Shown: in pieces, positions 1 to 13,165 of the stretch
How positions within the stretch are numbered: position 1 is the stretch's first letter
How the letters are laid out: each line of letters opens with the position of its first letter
Source: Octopus sinensis
Lineage: Eukaryota
Length of the DNA: 64,000 bases
Assembly: GCF_006345805.1 (NCBI RefSeq)
Contig: NW_021832128.1
Location: forward strand, 1 to 64,000
Direction of reading: 5' to 3'
Program-made: the position numbers and the translations under genes
The notes under the pieces: generated by a model
Seen by the model: the letters and a program-made list of their open reading frames with translations, nothing else
What the model was told of the DNA's origin: nothing
Database searches by the model: none

Positions 1-353
1 CACATAAGCACACACACGTGTGCACATATAAATACTTGCATATGCATGAGTGCACATGTATATGTGCATGCAAGTATGCACTTGTATGCCCATACACACA
101 CATTCATGCATATGCATACAGTGAGCAGAGGCATATGTGCACTCACACATGTGAATGAGCACATGCACAAATACTTGAATGGTCATGCACGAGGGGTAAT
201 GTATAAGGGATGAGAGTATGCAAGTAGACAGGCATGGAGAAGTGTTGGAGATAGGTCATTTATGGTGCTGTTCATGGGAGTTAATTTGTGACAGTAAACT
301 TGGTGCAGGCACTTCTACTGGTAGCTGATACTAAAAAGGTATATCCGTGTTGC

Positions 354-490
354 AGTGGGAGGGAGGGAAGGGAGGGAGGAAGGGAGGGAGGGAGGGAGGG
401 AGGAAGGGAAGAAGGTGGAAAGGAAGGAGGGAAGGAAGGATGGAAGGAGGGTGAGAGAAAGAGGGAGGAAGGGAGGAAGGAAGGAAGGGT
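354..490. repeat. (GGGA/GGAA)n purine microsatellite
   Basis: Direct inspection; explains spurious ORFs 288-612. Confidence 0.95.
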
Positions 491-1139
491 GGCTGGGTTT
501 GTGGATGGCTTGATGGATACATAGATAGTTTTTCAATTCCAATATACACATACACTAATTTTTGAAGATAGTTTATGCATGTGTATATTGGAGTTGAAGA
601 ATCGATGCACAACGTTTCATTCTATTTCCAAAGATAAAGTAGATACCACTAGCATTACATGCACAATGCTGAATAAAACACTAGCATTTACAATTGGCTG
701 AATCAAAATACTATAACATCTGTCTTACAGAAAAACCTAATATCACCACCTCACTCTTTATTTTGACATGCTGAACTTTGCTCAGGTTTTCTCCAGGAAT
801 TAGAAGAAAAACTTTTATGGTGTACAAGAATTGGCCATTGATGCCAAAACTATTTGAAAGCATTAATTACTATAAATTATTGATGTCAGCAATGATCTGA
901 AAGCATTAATTGCCATTTAAACAATTTGGTAGTTATCAGGCAGTTTTTCATTGATAAGCATGGTTGATAATAATATTGATTGCACAAAACTTTTGGGTTC
1001 AGATATGATACCATGTTTATCTTAAATATATCAAATATTAGATTCTAGGCTATGTACAAGAAAATAAATGAAAACATTAACATATACATGCATATATGGC
1101 CAGAAGACTGAGAATATTTCAAAAGCAATAAGTACTTAC

Positions 1140-1264
1140 AAGTTTTTGTTGATTAGTGATATTGAATCACTAGATAAAGTTCTATTTCTCTTCAGGTCAT
1201 TAACAGTTGACCCAATTAACTTTACTTGAGAGTTTAAGTCCTGAACAAGTTGTTCTGCTTTGCC
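1140..1264 (-). CDS. IQCH: Coding exon of host gene (IQCH-like N-terminal region); gene continues beyond left edge
   Basis: Minus strand: ttttctcattgcag|GGC AAA GCA ... AAC TT|gtaagt; 125 bp, phase 0 to phase 2, open frame GKAEQLVQDLNSQVKLIGSTVNDLKRNRTLSSDSISLINKN. Joins in frame to exon 40198-40317. The exon is well supported; the IQCH identity is from recalled similarity, not a search. Confidence 0.7.
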
Positions 1265-2897
1265 CTGCAATGAGAAAATTTAATATCAAGTTAAAAATAT
1301 ATGCAATTTTTTTATAGAACATGTAAAAATATTCCCTTTTTAATTTATTGTAGCATCTATTTTGCTATTCTGTTGACAAACCAGAACAAAGTAAACAAAT
1401 AAAATAGAAGGCCATTTATAATCAAAGAAAGAAAGTGAGTTGGTTCAAATAATGGGGTGAACTGACAACAAAATCTGTCTCAGATATGATAGCAGTTTTT
1501 TGAAATAATACCATAAGTTATCAATAAACAAACCCAAGGCAGAGAGCCAAACTATAAATGAGTTATATCTAAATGTAACAATCATTAAAATAACTACCAA
1601 TGATATACTAAATTCAAGATGATCATAATAGGGCTTCAGTTTTTGTTTTTTGTTGAAAACAATTTCATTTTACTTAGGCAAATCAAGTGGAAAAGGATAC
1701 AGTTTATTATATGACACTTCGCTATTTTCAACTTCCTGATAAGTATAGAAGTTTATCACGATCAGTCAATTATCTCTCACTTTTATTTGGAAATGAGCTA
1801 CCAAGAGAAATAAATATTGTGGTTTAGAAATTAGCAACTTTTCATTAAAACTATCTTATGATTTTACCTCCATTAAAATTTCAGGCTTCAAGCCTACATA
1901 TCAATTTACTTATAACATTATTTAAACAAAGATTGTTTGCACTGGCTTCCATTGTAGCATTTTAAAAATAAAATCTACTGTTGAAAATATATGTAGAAAT
2001 ATTTCTAAAAAGTAATGCTTTTATGATATTTAATTAAAATTCCACATTTAACCTTTAATATCAAGTAACAATGTAAATTAAAATCATAACTTCTAAACTA
2101 AAATAACGTTTTTTTTTTCTATTGTGCAATGTAATTACATAAAAACTTCACTTTTTAAATATTAGCAATAAATGATCCTTAGGAGAGATGTTGATGGTAG
2201 GGAGCCAAAGCACATGGAGGATATAGGAATAAGTACAAGTGTTCAATATACAACAGCTTATTTTAATAACATAAATTTGCATGCCATAGAAAAAGTATAT
2301 CACCAATCTCTTATTCTTTCATTAGTCTGTGGAGAAGAAGCAATGGCCATGATCTTTGCAGGCCCTCCTGAGCAGGAGAGTGCCTGCAAATATTGTTGAT
2401 TTTGAAAATTCAGAGAAGAGACAGATGTAATGTATGTAGAAGAAACAGACAAAAGAAACAGTGCGTATGAGATTGAGTAGTTAGTGAATTCATCTTTGCT
2501 GCTCAGCTAGATATTCTTCTTCTGGCTGCATGTGCAACAAGAACACTGTCCAAGATATGTAAGTATATTCCAGTATAGGTCTTGCTTGGATTTTGTGCAG
2601 AGGAAAAATCCAAGAGGAAGCCTAGTCCAAGATGAAGTTTTGGCAATGTTTATGTGAATTCATTCTAGAACATTAGAGATGGTTTTACATCTGTAATAAA
2701 TTTGAGGGGAAATCTTTACCATCACTTATCCTACTAGATAATAGCAGACAAATCATTCCAAGACTTAACATAATTAAACAGGTATTCTGTGTCCATGAAT
2801 GATTATCATAATCTATTTAACTGTTTATAATACATTTCATGTCAATAATACAAATCCTTTAACTAATAAGCTTCATTTTACTTCTATCTAGAACAGG

Positions 2898-3125
2898 TTA
2901 ACCCTTTAGTATTTATACCAACCATATCTGGTCAAAATATTCTACTTGTTTTATGTTCAAACTGGCCAGATACTGTCATTCGTACCTACCCAACAAAGTC
3001 ATTATAAAAATAAACAATCACATCATTGAAGTCTTAAAGCTGTGAAATAATGCATAATTAATTGAAAACAATGTAAATTATATACATTATATGTAACAGA
3101 GTAATCTGAATACTAAAGGTGTAAA
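2898..3125. mobile_element. Short non-autonomous DNA element, piggyBac-like MITE
   Basis: Left end ttaa-ccctttag, right end ctaaagg-tgtaa (degenerate ctaaaggg-ttaa); about 230 bp and non-coding. Confidence 0.55.
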
Positions 3126-3511
3126 TAAGGAGCTCATAACAAATATTCATTTCTAAATCTGCAAGCATGACTGCTCAGACCAAAGTGTATTGCGTACAAG
3201 ATTTTAAAAATAGTTAAAATTAAATTTGTCACCCCAAGAATTTTATTCCAATACAAACACAATCTAATTTCAAGTGCCAGTCTTTGTGTCACATTATCTC
3301 AGTGAACACTGGATCTAACAACTTCCTCAATAAAACTTTCTATCTCATGTACCAACCACAAATTCTCAGTATTTTGTAATTTCTATTTCTCTTTACATAT
3401 TTTTTTATGTTAACATATTTGGGAAGTTTTGTTTTTTCTATTGGACCAACTATATATAGCAACTGGTTACACTTCCAACTACTAACCATTTAAGTGAAAA
3501 GATTTTTAAAA

Positions 3512-3653
3512 ATAAGCTCAGGCTAGTCTTGCAGAACAGTATAGCTACAATTATCTCTGCCTACGCCTCACAAGCAGGCCTATCAAATGATCAGAAGGAC
3601 CACTTTTGTGATATACTTTTACAGGCTACCTCAAAGACGAATGGCAATGACCG
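3512..3653 (+). mobile_element. RTE LINE endonuclease fragment
   Basis: LRLVLQNSIATIISAYASQAGL, near-identical to the copies at 24.7 kb and 35.6 kb. Confidence 0.8.
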
Positions 3654-4168
3654 TGTAATGGAAATATATATTCAGAACCAGGTGTTGATATGGCTGCGAG
3701 TATGTTATTACAAGAGTTCATATAGAGATGAAGAATAAATTCAAGAACTATATATTTACTACACAAAAATATATTTTATTTACTGGTCGATGATGATACA
3801 TAATCAAAATGTAAGATCTAGTTGAATGAAATAATCTATGCAAGAAATTTCAGAGATAGAAAATACAGAAATAACAGCTAAGTGGTAGCTTTCAGTCATG
3901 TGGTATAGAGAAATAGATAAACATAGCAATGACGTGAATGGCTCTAAGTCTAATCGACTAAGAAGCAAAGAGCAGGGTTAGCAAGCTGTTTTTATTAATA
4001 GAATGCTAGACATTCTAGAAACTTCCAAGAGAATTGCTAAGCATCTTGAATAATTAAGAATCATGTCTCATGACACAGATGCTTTGAGAAACTTAGTAAA
4101 GGGAGGTTATTCTATAATCCTTCTTGCAAGGGAGATCATTCAACTATTTAGCTACATAGATCACTACA
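3654..4168. mobile_element. Probable solo LTR (about 515 bp) interrupting the RTE fragment
   Basis: Termini TGTAATG...CACTACA form an imperfect inverted repeat; non-coding; target-site duplication (TSD) not recognisable. Confidence 0.45.
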
Positions 4169-4417
4169 CATCCTCTAGGCAGAGGTAATGAAATAACAAT
4201 AATGAAAATACAATAATGAAAATAACAAAAATGTATACATCATAAAATGTCAACCTATAGAAACAATATCACAGTTCAAATGTAATAAATGTTTGTTAAA
4301 TTCTTGAGCCAATGCACATGTCTACCACTTTTGGTAGTCAGAGTTTGTAACGTTGTGTGTAAAGGACACATTTGTAATGCTGTGTGTACACACACATAAC
4401 ATTACAAACGCGTAGTG

Positions 4418-4639
4418 CTACACAGTATTTCACATCCTGGTATAACAACAACATTGAAGGTTATTTCAATTTGTTTTGTTTGGCTGAACATGCATTGAGA
4501 CATAGCTAATTGGACTTGTACCTGTGTTGATTGTCAAAGATCCAAGGTACATAAACATATCCGTGCACCATTAGGTACTTTCTCCACTCCTGATGCATGA
4601 TTCCAACACATACATATTGATATAGTAGGACCTTGGCCT
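4418..4639 (+). mobile_element. Ty3/Gypsy integrase zinc-binding (HHCC) segment
   Basis: Plus frame LHSISHPGITTTLKVIS...DIANWTCTCVDCQRSKVHKHIRAPLGTFSTPDA*FQHIHIDIVGP. Confidence 0.85.
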
Positions 4640-5391
4640 GTAGTGGGGCTGGAAATAGTTCTTTCAATGTGAACCCTTTTTAGTCCATCGAGAGAAATGG
4701 TGTCTTTACGACCATTAAGATCTAAGGTGAAAACTTTATCTGTACAAGAAAGTATATGAAAGGGTCCTGAATACGGTGCTGTTAAAGGATGTTTAACGGC
4801 ATCATTGCGAACAAAAACATGAGTCCAAGAAGAATAGTTCTTAGGCAAATATGTTTGAATGAATTGTTTTCTGGTGTTCATATGTGGTCATTTTGACATA
4901 TAATCACACAAGCATTCAACGAAATTTGTATTGTCGATATCTTGTGTTTGCAGGAACAATCATCTGACCAGGCAGCATGAAAGAAGAACCATAAAGTAAT
5001 TTTGCAGGAGAATATCCAATATCTTCTTTGATAGAAGACCGGAGACCCAAGAGAACAATAGGAAGAAATTCAATACATCGAGATGAATCAGCAGAAGCAC
5101 ACAACGCATCTTTAAGCTGTCGGTGAAATCTTTTGATCATACCATTTGAAGTCCAGTGATAACTAGTGGAATGGATGTGTTTACTTCCTAAAATCTTGGT
5201 TAGTTCCTGGAAAAGCTTAGCTTCAAATTGACATCTGTGATCTGTTGTTATTTCTACAGGTGTTCTGAAATGAGAGATCCATCCTGCGACTAAAGCTTGT
5301 GCCACAGTTTGAGAAGAGATATCTGTGAATGGAATAACTTCTGGCCAGCATGAAAAATAATCAATACAGGTTAATAAAAACATGTAGCCTT
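4640..5391 (-). mobile_element. Ty3/Gypsy integrase core and C-terminal (GPY/F) region, pseudogene
   Basis: QGYMFLLTCIDYFSCWPE...ITTDHRCQF...YHWTSNGMIKRFHRQLK and VRNDAVKHPLTAPYSGPF...LDLNGRKDTISLD. Confidence 0.9.
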
Positions 5392-5523
5392 GAAGGAGGA
5401 GGAGGAGGAGGAGGAGGAAAGAGGGGGGAGGAGGAGGGGGGAGGAGGAGGGGGGGGAGGAGGAAGAAGAAGAAGAAGAAGAAGAAGAAGAAGAAGAAGAA
5501 GAAGAAGAAGAAGAAGAAGAAGA
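5392..5523. repeat. Compound (GGA)n(GAA)n microsatellite
   Basis: Direct inspection. Confidence 0.97.
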
Positions 5524-5850
5524 CATGAAATTGTCTGAGCTGTCTTAATGAAACAGGAAGTGGAATTTTTGCGATAGCCTCAACCTTTTCTGGTAATGAC
5601 CTAATTCCATCCTTATCAACGGAGTAGCCAAGGAAAGTGAAAGAAGGTACACCGAAAATACATTTGGTAGCATTGATACAAATTTTGTATTGAGAAAGCC
5701 TTTCAAAAAGTTGCTTCAAATGAATTTTATGTTCTCTCTTGAAAGAACTAGTGATTATAAGATCATCAATATAGGCATAGACAAAATCTAATACATGTAT
5801 TACTTCATCAATGAAATGTTGAAAAGTACTGGTGGCATTCCTTAACCCAA
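5524..5850 (-). mobile_element. Ty3/Gypsy reverse transcriptase fragment
   Basis: GLRNATSTFQHFIDEV...AYIDDLII...NATKCIFG...FLGY...PEKVEAI. Confidence 0.9.
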
Positions 5851-6174
5851 AGCTCCAGCTTTATCGGCCAGTTTGATGATGATATTTTGGCTGCAATGGA
5901 GACATGAATGAGCTGAGAGTTTGGCTGGGGAGATGTTGAAATGTCAGAGATGCCTGTGAAAGTTAAACCAGTCCACAACACATTAACAGACACTTGCAAA
6001 TTGATTGATCAAGTGCTTGAAACTGGTTGAAAAATGGCATCTAGTGGGATGGTTGGTGGCCCAGGTCAGTGAAGCAGTCTTCTTCATGAGATGCAGGTGG
6101 AGCGTTGTGGAATAGCACATGCAGTCTGACACAGCATGTGCGCACATGCACACACACACACACACATACATACA

Positions 6175-6320
6175 ATCATTGATCCGGTTGTCTGACTCAT
6201 CCCAAACGATTGTGCAATTGCCACTTTTTCACCTTTTTCATGGTGTTTTACTATAGCCAGTTTATAGCCAGTATTATAACATAACACATCACTTTCACTA
6301 TGAATTTTCTTAGGACCCAT
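6175..6320 (-). mobile_element. pogo/Tigger-like transposase N-terminal HTH remnant
   Basis: MGPKK...KLAIVKHHEKGEKVAIAQSFGMSQTT resembles the Tigger/CENP-B psq-type HTH. Confidence 0.6.
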
Positions 6321-6769
6321 GGGGACAAAAAATAAAGTCACAAATGAATGAGAATGAAAAGGTAGCCAATAAACAGACATAAACAAATCTGAATTCAAAA
6401 CAATCATGGGAATCACAAGTGACAGCAATGCCTAATGGCAGATATTGGAACTACGGTGCAATATGAGTTCCAAAAGACCGATAAATAAGACAACACATCT
6501 GATTTCATGATTTCATTCCCTAAGCTATGCTACTTTATGGTGTGTATCTTAACATTTACTGTACATATTTTAATATGATTTTATATGCATTTATTCTTAT
6601 TTATTGTATAGTAACATGATTTTATGTGCTTTTAACGGTTTTCTAGTGATTTTACAATTCCAATGTTTGTGGCAGACAACTTGATTTTTATTTTTCTATA
6701 TATTATTTTTGAAATTTATGTATAATTGACAATGACTTAAATTGAAACAACTTATATCAAGGTATGCCT

Positions 6770-7005
6770 TTATATGGTTTTGAACATTCAGAAGAGACAG
6801 GAAATCATCAGGGTTGATCAACTTAAGCAGGCACCACAACACTCCTCCTGCCACAACACTCCTCTTGCTACAACACTTCCCCTGCCACAACACTCTTCTG
6901 TCTCTTCTTCCACACTCAAACAATCTACTCATAAATATAATGCATTAGCTAACAACAGTTCATTTCATACTGGCAGAGTAACTAAGAGTAGAAGAGTATG
7001 TTGAT
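6770..7005 (+). mobile_element. Gypsy pol C-terminal remnant
   Basis: VLNIQKRQEIIRVDQLKQA...TKSRRV resembles the integrase tail motifs (ID/DRLKPA, TRSGR). Confidence 0.45.
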
Positions 7006-7852
7006 TGGTTAGATACACTCACATATGTTTTTAGCACAAAAACGCACACAACAAAAACAATGTGTTTTCTTTTTATAGTTACCTGCCAAAAACATAAAGA
7101 AACTGCAGAACTTTGCATTTTCTGCGAACTTTTCATTGTTGCATGGACATTTTTTCAACAATTTTGCAATATTCAACATTTTTCCGTTTTCTTTTTGTAC
7201 TTGAGTTGGTCTCTCTCATTTAATGTGAATTCCCTTTTTATTGTTTGATTTTCATAGATTTCATGCAAAAGAACTGGGAAGAGGCTACTTGTAGCAGTAA
7301 TGTTGAACCAAATCACTAGGTAGCTGCAGCAGACATCACAAATCAAACCACAGTAGTTTCATGGGATCAGTTTATTAAGCAACAAATTGCATCAAGCTAT
7401 TGCATGATTCGATTTTCTAGAACTTTCTAATTATGCCCTATATAAAGATGGTTTTTGGTGTTAATCACAGAATATTAAGGCAGCCGCATGACATCTCTAT
7501 TCTCTCCTCCACATCCAGCAGATTAAGAAAGCTGGCAGAATAGACGAGAATTTCTGTCACCGTAAATATAGCACAATTATTTTCCAAATGTGATGGGCTA
7601 GCCACAGATTCTTGTATCAGTTAACTTGCTGTAAACCCCAAATAGTATGTTTCTCATCATCATCGTCATCATTTAACATAAGTTTTCCATGCTGGCATAG
7701 GTTGGACAGTTTGGCAGGAGCTGACCAGCCAAGAAACTGTTCAGACATCAATTGTCTGTTGGTGTCATGTAGGGAACTTTCCCATGATGCTATTCTGCAG
7801 CAAATGGATATATAAACAAAGCACATACACTATGTATATGTAACAGATAACA

Positions 7853-7956
7853 TGTGTGTGTGTGCATGTGTGTGTGTGTGCGTGTGCATGTGTGTGTATG
7901 TGTGTGTGTACGTGTGTGTGTGTACGTGTGTGTGTGTACGTGTGTGTGTGTGTGTG
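7853..7956. repeat. (TG)n microsatellite
   Basis: Direct inspection. Confidence 0.95.
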
Positions 7957-8070
7957 TTCTATTTCTCTTTTTGATTTAGAGTAAATTTTGACCTGCAACT
8001 GACTTAGTAGCAAGGTTATCAAGGAAAGTACCATGATTTTTAACTATCATCCTTTAAATTTTAAGATCTT

Positions 8071-10329
8071 TGTTGTAGGGAATTAGTAATAATGGTAACC
8101 CCTCCCATGTGACAAGTAGAATGAGCCAATCACTATAAGTAAAGTGATGTTGGCCAGTAGCGAGAGAGTACATATAGACATTGTTGAGAGTCATGTCATA
8201 CAGAGCTAAAAGCAATACTGTTATAACTGAAGTGGGTGTTATAACAATCCAACCTTTTGAGGATAATAACACTGTACAAATGGGTGTCATACAGTGCCAG
8301 AGAGAAACATTCTATTGACAACTTCAGAATGTAACAATAATTGTCAGAGCGAAAACCATCATACAAAGATAGATACAACAGTGGTAAAAGACTGCTTTAT
8401 AACAGTGGCAATGAGGATAAACCAATTCACATGGGAGTTAATAGAAACCCATAGAGGAGTTAACAAATTCACAAAGTTTTTGTGTAAATTTTACAAAAAA
8501 AAAATTGTAAAAGTATAGAAAATTTATTGGCCAATTTGCTTGAGTTGCAAAAACAGCAACAACTACAGAAAATTTGTAAATGTGGAAATAAAAAATATAA
8601 GTGTGAAATTGAAGTTCGACACCAGTAGTGACATGACTATTATAAACGAATAAAATGTGGAAACAGAATCTGTTTCCACATTTTGGTAAGCCAAAATTAA
8701 TTAATTCTGAAATGGTAGCACATAGTGTTACTAGAAAAAGATCATATTTTATCGGTGAATGTGTATGTAATATAACATTTCGAGATCAAATGAAAAAGGC
8801 TAAGATATATGTATTAAAACATTCACTTAATTTATTAGGCACAGTGTGGATACAACTATTCAATTTATGGGATAAGCTCATTATTGCTTTGTGTAGAAAA
8901 TTAGTTGCCTCAGGGAAAGGTTCAAATGAAGCCAAAAGACTGAAACAAAAAAATCACAGTAAAACAAAGTGGAATACATATAGTTAAACCAAATTGAAAT
9001 GAAAATGTCCTACGATAAAAAGTAAACATTGTTCAAAAGTAGATGTTATATTGTCGAGACTACACATCGATATAGTGGGTCCTTTAAATGGTTCTTCCTA
9101 CTTAGTGGTAGATGGTAGTTTTCCAGAATGACCTGAAATTGTTAAGTGTTAAAAAACCAACCTCATCAACTGTGATAAATTTTTTACATGAATAGTTTGC
9201 AAGATTTGGCATCCTAGACAAGATAATGTCTGACAATGGAATGCAATTTGTGTCTAGTGAATTTTTAAAATTTGGTGAAATGTTTGCGGTAGAACATATA
9301 ACTGCAGCACCATACTATCCCAGATCTAATGGACAGGCAGAACACTTTGTTTGATACCTTTAAAAGAGCTTTAAGAAAAGAAAACAAGGAAGTCACAGAT
9401 GGGGTAGATCTTCAACAGTTTTTAAGAGTATACCATGTGACACCAAATCCGAATACACCAGGAGATAGATCACCATCAGAGCTGATGTTTCCAAGGAAAG
9501 TAATGTCAGTTTTTGATAAATTGCTACCTGGCAAGAAAAAAAGAAGTACCAGGGAAGACATAGCAAGATTTTTTGAAGTTGGTGATAAGGTGTATATGAG
9601 GACATACAAAAATGGAAAGCAGAACTGGGAAGAGGGTGAAATTATCAAATACATAGGTAAAATGATGTATTGGGTAAAAAGTAGAAAAAGCATACAAAAG
9701 CCATACAAAAGAGACACAGGAACCAACTGAAAAAAGAGATTTGTGGAAAGTGAATCAAAGAAGTTGGAGCAACTCATGGAATGGTTGTACGATACATTCC
9801 ATGTACCAACACCACTGCATATGCCTGAACCCAGACAGACAAGTGAAAGGAAAAGAAAGTATACAGAGTTCCTGAAAATAGATGCCAAGAGAAAAAAATA
9901 TTAAATTGTTTGAAAAGAAAAAAACTAAGAAAAGGGAGGTAGGGTGAATAAAAATATTATTGCTAAATAAAATGACACTTCCTAAGAAAAACTTAAAAGG
10001 GGATATGTCATAGGGAATTATGGTACACCCCTCCACATGACAAGTGGAATGAGGCCATCACTATAAGTAAGGTGACATTGGCCAGTATTGAGAGAGTACA
10101 TGCAGACTGTTGAGAGTTGTATCTTACAGGGCTAATATCAATACTGCAATAACCAAAGTGAGTGTTAAAACAATTCAACCTTTTGAGGATAATAACACTG
10201 TATAATTGGGGCTGTACAGTGCCAGATAGAAACATTCTATCAACGACTTCAGAATACAACAATATCTGTCAGAGCAACAATCGTCGTACAAAGATAGATA
10301 CAACAGTGGCAAAAGACTGCTTTATAACA
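8071..10329 (+). mobile_element. Internally deleted Ty3/Gypsy LTR retrotransposon with both LTRs
   Basis: 5' LTR 8071-8404 and 3' LTR 10006-10329 (TG...CA, roughly 80-85% identical by eye); PBS-like tggcaatgagga at 8406; PPT aaaagggga at 9995-10003; 5-bp TSD atctt/gtctt; protease remnant LKFDTSSDMTIIN; integrase LHIDIVGP...SDNGMQF...SNGQAE. RT and RNase H are absent. Confidence 0.9.
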
Positions 10330-12285
10330 GTCTTGCAGATTTTTGTAGTCCCAGATATCGTGGTCATTTGTAGCTTATAAATTAAGGATTTGCATTCTCT
10401 CCCAAGATTACAAGTTCACCCATACTTTGCTCCAGATGGGTTGGTATGTATCTTGTTGCTCCAATAATAATAAGTATGAAGCTGAAAGTGTACCTTGGGT
10501 ACTGGATTTGCAAACTCCTTATCAATGATCCATTGATATCCGCTTTCTCTTGTATTTTTCTAATCACATTCATGTCCAAGGGGCAGCTGGTTCCCAAAAC
10601 TGAACATATCTTTTCTTTGTGGTCCCACACAACAATATCTGATGGCTATTTTAATTTTCAGGTTCCACCAGTATTCTTTTGACCCATCAGTCTCAATACA
10701 GTCAACATCATTTGTAGGTATTCTCTTCTTTGTTATCCTGTTCCAGACCATTCTGGCCACTGTATCATGCCTCATGGGAAGATAATATCCGAAAACATTC
10801 TCTCACAGTTGACAATAATGGGGTTGATGTCTTCAATTTTAGTCTTGCACAACCTACATTTGTTGTCTGTCAACATTTTTTACTTTTAATGTTGTAGGTA
10901 TTTGGTGGGGATCTCTTGTTCTTAGATTGCATGGATGTAGTTTTCAAAGTGAGATGTCATAAACTTGTTAGTACTCCATGCCAAGCTGTTGACATGATCA
11001 ATTCCTTCTATCGTTTTTGTTTTACACACCAAGTACCCATGTACTGTAGTCTCAGCTGGTTCCTTCTGTTGTTCTAAATGTGAAAATTAAAAATACAAGT
11101 GTAAAATTGAAGTTCGATACCAGTAGTGACATGACTATTATAAACAAATAAAATTTTACCAATGCTCCTTGGGGAGAGATCTGTATCAGTACTTATTTCA
11201 TCTCTCTCCTCAAGTTCATTAGCTAGCCTAATTATGCTGTTGGTTTCATGGTCACAAACTTGGGCAAGATAGTTATTGGTCCCTTTCCTCTGTTGCAGAT
11301 GTTGTATAAGTGTCACAATCTATGCTTTATATGACACCATTACAGATTTGAGAACACAGCCACCTTCCTTCCAAGGGAAGTATAGCCTGTCTACATCTCC
11401 ATTGATGTTGAAGTTTCCTGTAACACTGAGCAGCTCGCAAGTTCAAACATCTATCTAATTCAGTTCAAAAGGCCAAATGTAGACACGAAGATAGGTACGG
11501 CAAAGGTTTTGTGGGCAATATGTTTGTTGTAAGCTGAGAGTTCTGATGACCATATTCTCTTTACTCTCCTGAGGTATTCATTTCTGGTTCTCTCCTTAGT
11601 TATGGGGTCCATTATATCTGACATTCTCATCTTGTCTGAGTCACCTGACTGTAGAGATTGTTTGGTCAAGCCATTCATTTTTAGGCTTTCAGGGGAGGAC
11701 ACAACTTTTCCATGTTTTACTGTCAATAAAAACACATTTCGACTCACCAAATTTCATCCCAATGTCTGTGAAAAATTGGGTTATAAGGTCTAATTGTCTT
11801 TTTTCTTTTTTTATGTGGTTGATATTTGGTCCATACAGTTTCAGGTCATTGACAAAGAAAAGACGAGAGACATTTCTGAATCCATTTCTCTGGTTACTAT
11901 ATTTTCTGTGCAGGTATGAGAGTGGATTTAATGAGAAGACAAAGGGTAAACACTAAAGGCTATCACCCTGAAAGATGCTTTCCAGTAGTGACTGCTATTC
12001 AACTCAATTTGCTCCTTATTACTCCTAAGGAGAAAAGTGGAGTACCAAGTTTTGGTCAGGAGTTCAATAGCACTCACTAGTGGTAGTGGAACTTTGGCTA
12101 ACTTTGGCCTTGATAATCCACTTATGTGGTATACTATTGAAAGCTTTCTGGAAGTCCCACCACACTATGGTTAAGTTCCTGCAAGTTTTTGTTTTCTCTC
12201 AGATCATTTTATTAATTAGTAGCTGCTGTATACAGCCCCACACCTTCTTAATTCCAACTTGCTCAAGTGTTATAATGTTGATGTA
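10330..12285 (-). mobile_element. Dong/R4-type RLE non-LTR retrotransposon, RT to restriction-like endonuclease; 3' end continues at 7990-8070
   Basis: WDFQKAFNSIPH, FQGDSL, FVNDLKLY, GMKFGESKC, MRHDTVAR, KEYWWN, HNKPD-like RLE motif; many stops. Confidence 0.85.
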
Positions 12286-12315
12286 TGTACATAAGTGTGT
12301 GTGTGTATGTTAATA

Positions 12316-13098
12316 CGGGGTGTTCATGCAGATTGTGTCACATTTTATCAAGACCAGCTTCATGTATTGGCGAACAATCAACAACATTGGAGAGCATAAA
12401 GATTAAAGTTATAGTCAAGAAAAAGTTAGCTGACAAAGAGGATTGGAAACCACCTGAATATTGAAAAAGAGTTACCTTTATCATGAAGATTTATGCTGAA
12501 TATCAAAATGCTGACATCATAAGTGCTGTAACAGAGACTACAAAGCCATGGCCAGCAGGAAGGCATTCTGATTGCATCAGCACACTGGTATTCATCCAAC
12601 TGATGAATAAGACCTTAGGCTCAATTCAGACAGCTATGTCAAGCTGCTGGAAACTATGGTCAATCCCTAGCTGGAGAGGGTTGCTGCTGGAAGACCATGT
12701 ATGTGGCAGCAGGATTTGGCTTGCTATACTTCCTGAAAGAGTCAGGAATGGTTGTCAAAGAATTCCTTCACCAACCCCAATTTCTGGCCTCCTAATTCCT
12801 CCAATTGTAATCCCATGGGTTATGTGTAGAGCACAGTTGAGAAAGACAACAACTGCTCTGCCTACAGCACCAAGGCCAAGCTGGTAGCCAAGATCAAGGA
12901 GGTGTTCAAAGATGTTCCCACAGGGAGGAACACATGCACCAAGTTCCAGAGTAGTCTCGAGGCAATGGTGGTAGCTGAAAGCAGATACGTTGAGTAAACT
13001 GTTACTGATTTTGATCTTTTTAAACTTTTATTTTTGATTGGGATATTGTGATTTCTTTTCTTTTTATGAAGATTGTCAAAATTAGCCAGCACACTCTG
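12316..13098 (+). mobile_element. Tc1/mariner (DD37D maT-like) internally deleted transposon
   Basis: TA-flanked degenerate TIRs (cggggtgt / acactctg); YVWQQD...FWPPNSSNCNP...KAKLVAKIKEVF. Confidence 0.7.
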
Positions 13099-13165
13099 TA
13101 TGTGTATATCATCATCATCATCATCATCATCATGTATCATCTGTTTTCCATGTTAAAATATATAT

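Noticed and set aside
2507-2558. Plus-strand mini-exon with a gtaagt donor
   Set aside because: No partner exons or recognisable peptide; expected by chance in 64 kb.
4916-5719. 267-aa ORF as a novel RT-polyF/polyP-integrase fusion gene
   Set aside because: The frame stays open only because the microsatellite has no stop codons; catalytic residues are decayed and flanking frames are broken.
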